A stretch of 63,848 nucleotides of DNA, filler included, from Phoronis australis (lineage: Eukaryota > Animalia > Phoronida), in assembly GCA_002633005.1 (NCBI GenBank). It is 5 parts of 5 records of this genome, joined end to end, with 100 filler letters (N's around TTAATTAATTAA, not from the genome) between each part and the next. Parts side by side here need not be neighbours in the genome. Positions count along the whole stretch, not along the records: positions 29,849 to 48,962 come from NMRA01000329.1; positions 49,063 to 58,377 come from NMRA01001829.1; 3 more parts are not named here. One strand, written 5' to 3'. A program made the translations under genes and the position numbers. The notes beneath the pieces were generated by a model that saw only the letters and a program-made list of their open reading frames with translations, was not told where the DNA came from and ran no database searches. Of the stretch, positions 47,186 through 58,477 are shown piece by piece. Positions within the stretch are counted from its first letter, which is position 1. The number at the start of each line of letters is the position of its first letter.

Positions 47186-47989
47186 GTCAAAATGGTATGG
47201 TCTAAACATCGATCCGCCTGAGGTCTCTTAGGTAAATGAAAGTCAAAAAAGAGTCAAAATGGTATGGTCTTAAGATCCGTCCGCCTGAGGTCTCTTAGGT
47301 AAGTGAACGTCAAAAAGAGTCAAAATGGTATGGTCTAAAGATCTGTACGCCTGAGGTCTCTTAGGTAAGTGAACGTCAAAAAGAGTCAAAATGGTATGGT
47401 CTAAAGATCCGTACGCCTGAGGTCTCTTAGGTAAACGAACGTCAAAAAAAGAGTCAAAATGGTATGGCCTGAAGATATGTCTGCCTGAGGTCTCTCTCGG
47501 TAAATGAACATCAAAAAAGGGTCAAAATGGTATGGTCTAAAGATCCATACGCCTGAGGTCTCTTAGGTACGTGAACGTCAAAAAAAATTCAAAATGGTAT
47601 GGTCTAAAGATCTGTACGCCTGAGGTCTCTTAGGCAAGTGAACGTCAAAAAGAGTCAAAATGGTATGGTCTTTAAGATCCGTCCGCCTGAGGTCTCTTAG
47701 GTAAGTGAATGTCAAAAAAGAGTCAAAATGGTATGGCCTAAAGATCCGTACGCCTGAGGTCTCTTAGGTAAGTGAACGTCAAAAAGAGTCAAAATGGTAT
47801 GGTCTAAAGATCCGTACGCCTGAGGTCTCTTAGGTAAACGAACGTCAAAAAAAGAGTCAAAATGGTATGGCCTGAAGATATGTCTGCCTGAGGTCTCTCT
47901 CGGTAAATGAACATCAAAAAAGGGTCAAAATGGTATGGTCTAAAGATCCATACGCCTGAGGTCTCTTAGGTAAGTGAACGTCAAAAAAA
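47186..47989. repeat. 66-68-bp minisatellite, 12 units, with 6-unit higher-order duplication
   Basis: Unit gtcaaaatggtatggtctaaagatccgtacgcctgaggtctcttaggtaagtgaacgtcaaaaaga. Starts at 47186, 47253, 47319, 47385, 47453, 47521, 47588, 47654, 47722, 47788, 47856, 47924. Variants of units 4-6 recur as units 10-12. Confidence 0.97.
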
Positions 47990-49064
47990 GTCAAAACTAT
48001 GGTCATCACATCAAAAAGTTGCAAGATTTTGGAAACTTCAAAATTTATGCACTCTTACCAGATGTGCATCTGTTTACCCAGGTGTAATGGAAAATTAATT
48101 CAGTGCTCCTTCCCCAAAAACTTTGTTTCCCCAGATTTAACGAGCAGAGACCAAAATACAAAACATCAAAATTTAGAAGAAAATCAACAATAAATCAAAC
48201 TGTTTCAAACCCAATTTAGAAAAAAATATTACATACAAATGAGGGTGTATCTGGAGATGTAATTTTAGCCAATGATGCACCAAATTTTTAACAGATTAAC
48301 AGTCTTGCAAGGTCACAATAAAAAGGTCAAACAGGTCACAATCGTCAGATGGTCAACAATGCAGTCCAGTAAACACGCACAAACAACACTAAGTACAAGA
48401 GCAGTATCACAAAGGAACCAAAAGAAAATTAACAGAGATTGCCTCACTTAATTGGTTCGTTTCTGTCGTGTGCCACGAGTTCGATCAGCTCCAGACTCTT
48501 ATAGGCTGATGATTATTACGTGTATCAGGGTTAACCTTTGTTCTCAGTAACAATATGTTTTCTGTTATTCCTTTGCTTCAGCAACACTTACATCTGAGTT
48601 TAATCTCTCTTCACTTTTTCCCACCCTCTCCCACCCTATCTTTTTAATGGTTCCTCTTACCTGCGTGCTGCACTTTTCATTGCACATCTTTCCAGAGATT
48701 ATTATTTTATGTTTACTTATTATTTTACACTCATATTTCTGTACTGTTACCAGTCATCGTTATTTCGCCTCTATACGGTCTCCATGTTATCTCTGGAAAC
48801 GGAGCTTGCGATGCACCTGTCATTTTCGGGACATACTCGAACACAAAAGGTATTTCACTCGTTAAATATATTTATTTCAGAATATTGACTCGTCTCACTT
48901 ATACCCCTTTTTTCCTTCTTTCGGTCTGGTCCATTAATCGTTTGTGTAGATTCGCATGCGGTNNNNNNNNNNNNNNNNNNNNNNNNNNNNNNNNNNNNNN
49001 NNNNNNTTAATTAATTAANNNNNNNNNNNNNNNNNNNNNNNNNNNNNNNNNNNNNNNNNNNNAC

Positions 49065-50438
49065 AATGTTAAGAAAATCGGAGTTGCATTTAACGACTTC
49101 ATTTGTTGTTCGCTTCACCGGTTCGTCGTGGGAGATGGTGGTAAATTTGCCCACCATGACAATAAAAACAGCAGTCTCGAGCTCAAGGTCCTACCTGAGA
49201 AAACTAGTTGCCCCGTGAATGCCGAAGAGGACGTTCACCACGACACACGATGTTGTCATGATAACAACGAAGCGGCAATGGGTGTAGTCTCTGCATCGTC
49301 CGCCCCGCACAACAATGTGGCTCTCAATGAGACAGTTTTGTTGACAGAGCAGTCTGTCACGTTTGAAACATACAAAGACAACTCGCCAGCGGACGTCCAG
49401 GTGCAGGAATGTACCAATACTGTTGATGACGAAGATACCGAGGTCCTGTTTGTTGATAATGAGAACGTCCTGCATGACATCCTGGAAATGGATGACCAAC
49501 GGCATGCATCGACGTCAACATTCAATAGGAAAGGCGCGAAACAGGCGCTGCTCGAACTACTTGAATCTATAAAGCCGCCTACAGAAGATTACGTCCCGAT
49601 TATGGTTGACAAGTACACTCAAATGACCCCTCCTCCCTTCCATCTCGAACTCCCGATAGTTCCGCCCATTGTCGAGTACCAGTGTGAAGAGGAAGGGACG
49701 CCAGCTCAAGGTGTAGTCGTGGGACATAGCGAAGTTCTACCCAACAAAGTCAACCGTTACACAATTACTGATTTTGAAGAGGAAGTTCACTATACTTCAG
49801 AATATTATGAGAGTGACATGGCGACAACGAATGTCAATGAAAAAGCCTCTGGATCGTTGGTCCGTATCAAAGATAGGGAGCTTGGCTTTAATGAAAAAGC
49901 TCAGTTGTATGAAATGTCCGAGACGCTTGGAGCGAACAACTTTCACAGAGATGTCATCCAGGACGTGCAACGTCAACGGCGTGAATCAACCCAAATGGGT
50001 AATCGGAGGGATGCCAAACAAGTCCTACTTGCTCTACTCGAATCAATAAAACCACCGAAAGACGACATCATAAGTTTGGATGACCAACCTACTGAATTGG
50101 GCGCTTCCATTCCCCACCTATCCGAACTCCCGACAGGACCGCCTGTTAATAATATCTCAGATAATTTATACACAGAGTACAGGAAACTCAAACCAACAAT
50201 GGGTGTAAAGGCATTGCTTTCCAAGTGTTCTGGGTATCCCAGCGTTCCTAACATAAGAGAGACGCTGAGTAACGATGCCTTCGACGTGGTTATGAATAGC
50301 CAAGTAGAAACGAAGCACTCACCTAGGCAACAAATTGATAAGCGGATACGATTCAAAGGAAAAAAATCAAGAAAAAATGGCTTTCTACAAGTTTGTCGTA
50401 GACTTTTCTGTTGTGGTGCTCCGAAAACAGATGACTGA
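49065..50438 (+). CDS. Uncharacterised acidic, probably disordered protein (>=457 codons, 5' end lost in the gap) with a duplicated motif and a basic/di-Cys C-terminus
   Basis: The frame is open from the contig edge (NVKKIGVAFNDFICCSLHRFVV...) to TGA 50438. Repeat NRKGAKQALLELLESIKPP / NRRDAKQVLLALLESIKPP differs mainly at third codon positions. Ends RIRFKGKKSRKNGFLQVCRRLFCCGAPKTDD. Confidence 0.75.
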   Translation, partial: NVKKIGVAFNDFICCSLHRFVVGDGGKFAHHDNKNSSLELKVLPEKTSCPVNAEEDVHHDTRCCHDNNEAAMGVVSASSAPHNNVALNETVLLTEQSVTFETYKDNSPADVQVQECTNTVDDEDTEVLFVDNENVLHDILEMDDQRHASTSTFNRKGAKQALLELLESIKPPTEDYVPIMVDKYTQMTPPPFHLELPIVPPIVEYQCEEEGTPAQGVVVGHSEVLPNKVNRYTITDFEEEVHYTSEYYESDMATTNVNEKASGSLVRIKDRELGFNEKAQLYEMSETLGANNFHRDVIQDVQRQRRESTQMGNRRDAKQVLLALLESIKPPKDDIISLDDQPTELGASIPHLSELPTGPPVNNISDNLYTEYRKLKPTMGVKALLSKCSGYPSVPNIRETLSNDAFDVVMNSQVETKHSPRQQIDKRIRFKGKKSRKNGFLQVCRRLFCCGAPKTDD

Positions 50439-52637
50439 TAACAACAGCCCGGACTTTTAAAGTTTAATATCTATTCAAAGTAACCATTATACATACAGAC
50501 ATCCAGCTATCTGCATGTACTGGAGTATTTCTTAAATATATTCATTATCATAATTAGCGCGTTTTGTTGATACACATCTAATTTGATCACAAGCACACGA
50601 CTTAATAATAGCTACCAGAGGTCTTGCTCACTAAAAAAATTCAAGTTTTGTTCCGGGGTACCGTGGGTCTCTGTTTCGTGTGGGACGCTAACCATGTATC
50701 CAGAATTCTCGAAAACACCCTAAATAAGGCTTCAGGCAACAGTCGCTGGGATTTCAAGGAACTCTTCTCAAAGGACCACCAGTTTGTACAAGGTATGCAG
50801 GACTTAACTGAAGAGTCTCTGCAAAACTTAGTCAAGTATCAAAAATCATTTTGAAAGCTTTGACATAAGCTACAACAAAGATCACGATAAAATTTAGACC
50901 ATCGTTGAAAAGTACATAATTTGATCAAAAACGCACACTGTGCTGTTTGTACTACAAAAACAATTTCCATAGCGAGTTGTCGAGACCATAGATATAGGGT
51001 CTCTATGTCTATAGTCGAGTCACTGCATTTCAACGCCATCCCACGCAAATGCCCGTCACCTTGTGTATAATCTGTAATGCATGAACTAACTGCACCTCGG
51101 AAGCGTCTTGGTTGAATACACAACACTTGTCGTTGTTAACAATTTTTATTCCGTTCCGTTCGTATCCTCGGAACAAACTTCGACACCAAACAGAACATTG
51201 GCAAAGCAACTGACTAAAAGACATGATTAAAAGACACGTTATTTCAAAACACACTTGTTCATTCCCAAGTGGAAATAAAAAGACGCAGTAGTATCACCAC
51301 AGAGCAAAGGTAGGAAAAAGTNCCACTAAAAAGGCGCAAACGCTCAATTCAGAGCCCTGGACGTGGTACCCCGTTTTTTTTAGTCCTTTGGCTTTTTTGT
51401 CGATAAAAGGTCCAATTCGAGCCCTCCCCCCATATATTAAAGATTAAAGGCTGGGTGCGGGCTGGATGCGCGCATGGGTAATAAATCACAAAAAAATGTA
51501 ACGGATTTTCTTGTTTTGGTCAAAGCCAATGACTTCACGAAGTCTATACCGTCAAACGATAACCTCAGAATGCGTTTTCTGACGTGAAACAGATAACGTC
51601 CCTTCAATGCATATAATATATTTTGCCAAAACAAGGGCGAACCAAAATGGACAGAACAAAGGTGACCCACTCTCACTTCGAGACATTTAAGAAAAGGGTT
51701 GTTGTAATTAGGAATCTCACTTTGAGGGTGTTTTATTTCAGAAAATACGGCGGGGGTTGTCTATAACCCAAACCTCCTAAATGATTGGAGCATAACGCAA
51801 AAGGCAAAACCAAATGTAGGATGTCCCAAAAAACACTTAAATATCGTTCTCGAGAACCAGGTAATAGTTTTACTATGGTGTAATTGTGTTTTTATTCCAG
51901 CAATCTCAAAGCATGTTTTGCATTGCGTACTAGTGTTGGGAAAATGGTCGATCACAGCTAGATTTCCCCTAACGGAGCTCAAAATTTTGTAAAATTTAGC
52001 ACCAAAACGCACGCTGTGGAGATTGTATTCAGTTTCAACAACGAATGAGATATGTTCATTTTGTGGTTGTAGGTGACGTTATCGTACATTTGTCGTTTTT
52101 CAGCAGCTGAGGTATATTTCCCTAACTTACGTGCCTTTCAAAAGAATCTGTGACTCTTGGAATACGATGATCTCCATAAATACCCAGCAAAACGATTTTC
52201 TGACGTGTATATTGCAGAACATTTTTCATAACTTTTTGGGATGTTGTATGTTTATAAAACAGCGACTACGTAGTGTTTTATCGCTAAACATCACATGTCA
52301 AAGAGTTCTCGAGTCACGTCGAGAACTAAGACGTGCCTCGGTAATAGCAGCCTCATCAACTCGTCGAGATACGAGAGAACCAGTCAATCACACCATCGAC
52401 GACATGCTCAGTGCAATAACTGAAGATGTTCTTCCGAGGCTAGGTTGCCTGCAACAAAGTTGTCTTGTGTACAATCAGTCTGACACCGAAAGTTTAAAAC
52501 AACAATTTCTATAGGCATAATGTAATAACCATCGCCAGCAAGAATAGTTCAAAAATTGAAATTACAAATATAAAAATCCAATGAAAACAGCCATCGCTCA
52601 CATGATAGATTACGGTAACTTTCTTGCTAAATGGTCT

Positions 52638-53888
52638 TCACACCTTTGATGTCTGGTTGTCTCCAGAGTCTACCGGGTCTGAAGAGATCTCGTACATTGT
52701 GCTTGGTTTAATTCTTCGTCGGGTCTTTTCGGGAACATTCGGAAGCAGTTTAAACAGTTTAGGCGGAATCTGTCGACATGCTTCGCGGAACTTTTTAATT
52801 CTCCAAAAATAGATAATAGGATTCAAGGCACAGTTGGTATACGCAATCCATAATAATACGATGCCAACATTCGGGTCCGACTGTATGAAGTTATAAATCA
52901 ATGAATGGACGGAATATGGCGCCCAACACACGAGAAACGTGATGAATAACATGAAGATGGTTTTGAAAGCCCGCGTTTTGAAACTCATGTCAACATTAAC
53001 CCGAGTGTGCGGAAGCGAGATGATGCTGACGAGACTGGGTTTATAATTGCACTGCATAATCACATCATTGACAGGTAGACACTGAACACGTAACGAGTTC
53101 TTCCTCACCGTATTGATGATGCTTAGAAATGAATAGGCCATAATTAACATGGGCAGAAAATAAACGACTATAGAAAACATAAACAAGTATAACACGTTGT
53201 CGAGGAGTGTTGACTTGGTCGCCATGCATTGGTCATGGGGAAGAGCAACATAATAATATCCCCATCCCACGGTAGGTGGCAGTGCGAATGTCGCTGCCAA
53301 GCACCAGACACCGATTATTAAAATGCTTGCTCTCTGAGGAGTTAACTTGTCTTTCCTACAGACAATGATGAGATACCGATCTACACTGATAGTGAGCAGA
53401 GTAAGGACGGACGCACATATTAATAGATGGTGTGCGTAAATCACCGTTTTACACGCAGTGACTCCTATGGTGAAATCCAGGTGAAGCGTTGCCACTGCAA
53501 ACGACATACATACACAGGCCAAGACAATGTTAGATAACGCCATATTCGCCAATAACAAGTTAATAGCTGAACGCATGGCTGCCTTGCGATACACTATCAC
53601 GCACACGACGAGATTCCCGAATATGCTGACAGCTATTATAAGCACCATTAATAACGTCAAAATGATTGAGGCCACCAGTGGAAGATGGGCCGTCTCCGTA
53701 CTGTTTGTACACACGTGGTACGCCGTGCAGTTCAAGGGATACATCGGAATTGTAGAGTTGCCAATGCTTCCGTCATTCCAAGTGCGACACAGACAACTAC
53801 GCCACAAACAATATCCCCAGCATCGTTCCGTGTGCGGTAGTTGAACATAATTAATGACCGCAGACGTCGCACCGCCGAGTGTGATCAT
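52638..53888 (-). CDS. GPR45/GPR63: Class A (rhodopsin-like) orphan GPCR, GPR45/GPR63 (PSP24) family, intronless CDS
   Basis: 7 TM segments with GN, DRY, CWAP and NPIIY. Family-typical strings MRSAINLLLA, SVDRYLIIV..KDKL, VDMSFKTRAF.TI, WRIKKFREAC and RRRIKPS. N-glycosylation sequons in the N-terminus. Confidence 0.92.
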   Translation of the reverse strand: MITLGGATSAVINYVQLPHTERCWGYCLWRSCLCRTWNDGSIGNSTIPMYPLNCTAYHVCTNSTETAHLPLVASIILTLLMVLIIAVSIFGNLVVCVIVYRKAAMRSAINLLLANMALSNIVLACVCMSFAVATLHLDFTIGVTACKTVIYAHHLLICASVLTLLTISVDRYLIIVCRKDKLTPQRASILIIGVWCLAATFALPPTVGWGYYYVALPHDQCMATKSTLLDNVLYLFMFSIVVYFLPMLIMAYSFLSIINTVRKNSLRVQCLPVNDVIMQCNYKPSLVSIISLPHTRVNVDMSFKTRAFKTIFMLFITFLVCWAPYSVHSLIYNFIQSDPNVGIVLLWIAYTNCALNPIIYFWRIKKFREACRQIPPKLFKLLPNVPEKTRRRIKPSTMYEISSDPVDSGDNQTSKV

Positions 53889-56800
53889 GTGAACTACAAT
53901 TATAAGTCAGCATCCCTTTCGTTTAAGCCAACCGAGATCGCCGAGTGCTGCACTATTCAACTCTGAAATTACAAAGAAGATACAATTAGTAGGTAACTGT
54001 TGCACGTCAGCCGGGCAATTGAGTGGCTGAAAAAGCCAATTTCTTTGTCACGTTGCATTCCATTGCTATTAGTTACAAGACAAGAACAATTTAGAATTGC
54101 CACGAATGATTTTTTTCGTATTAAGCGTGGACAATATTTTCTTTTCACGCCCCTGTCGTTGGAAACTGTTAGCATTACCTGAAATCACTAAAAGTACCCA
54201 AGTCACAAAAAATCAGTATTATCTCCCTTGCTTCAACATTTTTCGTAAATTCACCGTTATTTTCAACCAGTTGCCAACGTCTCAAATCAAGCAACGAACA
54301 GCAGTAAAAGAAAGTACAGACATGTTTTATGAAAGAACTACCGATGATGAAAACAATCTTCCGGAATACAAGCTAATGTAATTTGGTGAGATAAACAGTT
54401 TAATGATATGTGATACATGGACACAACATAACAGGTCCCCTGCTGAGATATAGATTTTCTGTCACCATGGAAACATGCACCGCCGAAAGAAATAATTAAA
54501 CACTGAGAGTTGGGAGATAATTTTATTAAATTGTAGTTGCCCAGAAAACATACTCCCTGAAAGAATATGACCAGTAGATACCAATCGCAACAATAAAACA
54601 CTGAAACTCTCAGATAGCATGCTTTTAAACACAGATATCCAAAACGCTGTTCGCAATTGTTGTTTAGTTGTCAATGCTGAATTCATACTACCCAAGCGCT
54701 TTTAATTAGGGTTTAATGCTTAATATACAATCTTGAATTATTGTCGCCGGAATGAGCTGAAAACTTAAGACCCAGGAAATGCGTACACGCATCGTTACAG
54801 AACCCGCAATTTTAGGGTTGGACAAAACCAATAAACAAGTGTTTCTTGAGTAATTGATGGTATGGATGCATTTGTTGTAGAAATAGAATGCTGATAAAAT
54901 GCATTTTTTTTTTAAACTTAAAAGTTGCACAAAGGGTCACTTATCACGTGGTGAATAGAAAATCAAATTACACGCGTTCATTTCAAACACGAACCAACAG
55001 CATCAGTAATCAGCTGATCCGTTTATTTTCAGTTTTGGGCCTGGGTAAATATCAGCCAGCATAAGATCGTAGGGTAGAAAAAAAACTAGGGAAGTGGTGT
55101 ATTTCTCTTTGTTATAAAGGATTTATGTTGATTCTTTGAACTCATTCTATAGACATGTAGCAAAACATCACCAACACGAAAGGCACATCGATGACAGTTT
55201 AACAGCGACAACAAACAGGTAGGAACAATTTTGGCACTGACCAATAGATTTGTCATCATTTGGAACAGGATACAAAATTTCACGAAGATCCCCAGTGTAC
55301 GTGGGTATATATATCTGCGCCCGGGGATGTCAGTCACCCAGACGAGATCATAGCTGACACGTGACCTGATGACTGCAAAAACGAAGTCTAATTGTTTTTA
55401 CTTCTCGTTGACAGTCACGTGCCCATTTGGAAAACCCTACAAAGCCTTGGCGAGAAATTACAGTTGTGTCCTGCTTCAACCATGGCGGACTGAGTTCCGA
55501 ACATTACGTTCCAAATGTAAGCCCTTCTGCGTCGATACTTATGCGAACATTTCCTGTACAACTTCACATTTCACCGTCGTCACACGTCATTTTAATGACA
55601 TTTACCTTGTATTAGTGGTACTCGTCTTCCTGCAGTTCCCGTCAACCTGAGTTTAGCATGCATGGCAATATCAATATCAGGCCAGCCAAGACTCCCCCTT
55701 ACTGAAAGTCATCCACTCCAGCAGTAAAGAACCTAACAAAGCCCAGCTTCCATCGAGTGTCTAGTCAGAGATGACGACCTCAAACACACTGAACAAGACT
55801 CTGTTTACTTTCCTGTTGTGGTCCATAGGTGTACACTCCAGTAAGCAGTAAAAACAAACAGTGAAAACAATGAATGGAGATCGCGAATAGAGAACGGATT
55901 GCTGAAAGCGTCGTGAAAGCACACATCTCTTCCCGCTGTTCATTGAGTCTGGTGAACACTTGTTCACGGCGAGGTGACCGGAACAACAGGCAGGCGTTGA
56001 TGAAACAAATTATTAGTAAACATGCGTGTTCGATAGTGAACTTTATTTGTGATCTGCAGATAACGCCCAGTAAAAGACTGTCAACAATGCCACTGAGGAA
56101 AGTGAATTACCATACAGCAAAACTGGGCACGGGCGTATGAAAATTATAAACTGGAGAGCAACAACGACGTCGCATTATAACACGTCACGTTGATATTGTT
56201 AAACAATGCACATGACGTCATCGAATAAACAAGAATTCTCCAAAGACATGCAGCTCATCTTCACAAACTCCAGAACGTACAACAAAACGTACTTTTGATC
56301 CTGAGATAGCTGTGTGTCTTCATGCATACGATCGTTGAGAACGAATGCTACGAGTCGCTGCACGCCTCTGTGACTGTGTTCATGAACACAGCAAGTTGTG
56401 AAATGAGATGAATCCTCACCCAAATTCATTAATTTGACAGGTAATTTGACTATTTCGATCTCATGCTCACGACACGCTTTTACCACCAACCCGATTTCTG
56501 TTATCCCTTTCATTCTTGGTTTCACATCAGCCTCCAGGCGGGTGGTCAACAGATGACCCCGCCAGTCAGACTGGAGTCAGTCACAAAATTAAACGTTTTA
56601 GTCATTATTAACTTAATTACCCACTGCAAATTTAGTTGACATAATAGCGAGTGAATGTTGAAATAGCCAACACGGTTAAGGCATGTATAAGCTATATTGG
56701 CCTAAATAAAATGTTTTAGTCAAATAATTAACCAAAGACCTTGAGACTGTCACGATCAAAAATTATTCAGCTTTTTCGTAAAAGAAGAACCACCACCACT

Positions 56801-57254
56801 ACCACCACCACCATCACCACAGTGGCGGATCTGGGATATCACAAGGGGGGGCCCAACATTTTGTTCGGCTGTAAGCATTTGCGCAAACTGAACCACGATT
56901 GTAGATGCGCATAGCACCGAATGAGGGGAGGTCGGGAGGGGGGTTTCCCGCCCAGGAAATTTTTCTGTTTTTACCTCNTTTGCCCCTCTCCCGCCCAGGA
57001 AATTTTTCTGTTTTTACCTCTAAAAATCAAGCATTTTCCTTGATTTCTGATGTAAGAAAAAAGGCAAAAAAAGAAACACGGAGAACGTGTCACACAGGAA
57101 AAACTGTGAGATTCAGACTCGAACTCTCGACCTAGCTGACAGGACGCGCGTGCTTTAGCACTACACCACCACCACGATGTCACTATTAAACTTGAATTAA
57201 GAGACCTACTTGTTTATGGTCCTCAGTGTTTGCGCTCTAAACCTACTTCTTTTT

Positions 57255-57562
57255 TAGGCAATGACCATCGCCTCTGTTGGCCCGAACCAGAGGCGATGTA
57301 GAGGCTATAGGCGCTCTGTACGCCGGAAGCTTTTCGGCGAATTATGCCTCGCACCGACTAAACCATCAAAGCCACGTTGTTTTAACTACCTTTTGCGCAT
57401 AGACGAACACCTTAGGAGGCTGTCGATGTGATTAATTCCTTCCAACTCGAACAAATACTCCCGTTATTAAACTTTTTCTTCGAGCAGTCCCTATTTCAGT
57501 TCCCAAAATCGTGAACTCACCATTTTCTGGTTCGGGCCAACAGAGGCGATGGTCATTGCCTA
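57255..57562. mobile_element. Mutator-like MITE, 308 bp, perfect 37-bp TIRs and 9-bp TSD
   Basis: TAGGCAATGACCATCGCCTCTGTTGGCCCGAACCAGA (57255-57291) is the exact reverse complement of 57526-57562. Flanked by CTTCTTTTT at 57246-57254 and 57563-57571. Confidence 0.88.
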
Positions 57563-58477
57563 CTTCTTTTTGTAATACTTATTACACGTTTTATATTTTG
57601 TGCATTCGGTTCTTAACAAATTTGTTGTATTTAAAATAGTCTTCAAATGCCCAAAAGACCAAATCCGTTTTTCGTGTTGGCAATAATGACGGGATTGCTT
57701 TCGTATTAAGTTAAGGTTTGACAAAGAGAGAATTAATGAGTTTCTGAGTGATTCACTAAGGCTTCGATTAAAATTCACATCTTACCAGCAGCTTCTGTTT
57801 TTGCATCATCACNCCATCACCACCACTATTTTCTAACAAAAGACGTAGAAAATAGTAATCAAGAGATTCACATTATTCACACTCCATGGACCTTCGTCAT
57901 TTTGTAAGACGAATAAGAGGTTATTCGAAGACGTAGTTGGTACTTAACGTCGGTAAAACCTAAACAATTGTTTCTCTTTCCAGCGACAGATGTGTATTTT
58001 GTGCACCACACAAAATTTTTATTTGAAATCTAACAAAAACAACTGGCCGACAACGAGAATTGGATACAGGTACATGATATAGCAATCTGCAAAACGTACA
58101 CTGATGTCGTTACGAATCCCTGTGCAACTGACTGGACACTTGCATCTCGTGAAACAAAACAGCTTACCTGCCTACTTGCCAGTTTTAGAAAAAATCGGCT
58201 AAGGTGAGGAGAGACGATTCCAAAGAGGGCCAAAGAAAAGTAAAACAGCATTTCACACATATGCGTTTCTCGTAGTTCAAGCAAATGTCGTGGGTCGATC
58301 GGCAACTCACCTGTGAAAATAAGGCGAGCTTGTGATACATACCAAAGTCAAGAAGGACAATAAAGAGGATCTGAACTNNNNNNNNNNNNNNNNNNNNNNN
58401 NNNNNNNNNNNNNNNNNNNNNTTAATTAATTAANNNNNNNNNNNNNNNNNNNNNNNNNNNNNNNNNNNNNNNNNNNN

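Noticed and set aside
47186-47989. CRISPR-like or spliced-leader RNA array
   Set aside because: Units are contiguous with no unique spacers and no cas genes, in a eukaryotic context. There is no Sm-binding site after the GTAAGT and the unit is too short for an SL RNA gene.
50624-50854. Short protein-like ORF downstream of the acidic ORF
   Set aside because: No ATG start, no clear splice sites and no recognisable motif.
3662-53888. A neuro-signalling gene cluster (nAChR plus GPCR)
   Set aside because: The genes are on different contigs separated by two artificial spacers, so linkage is not demonstrated.
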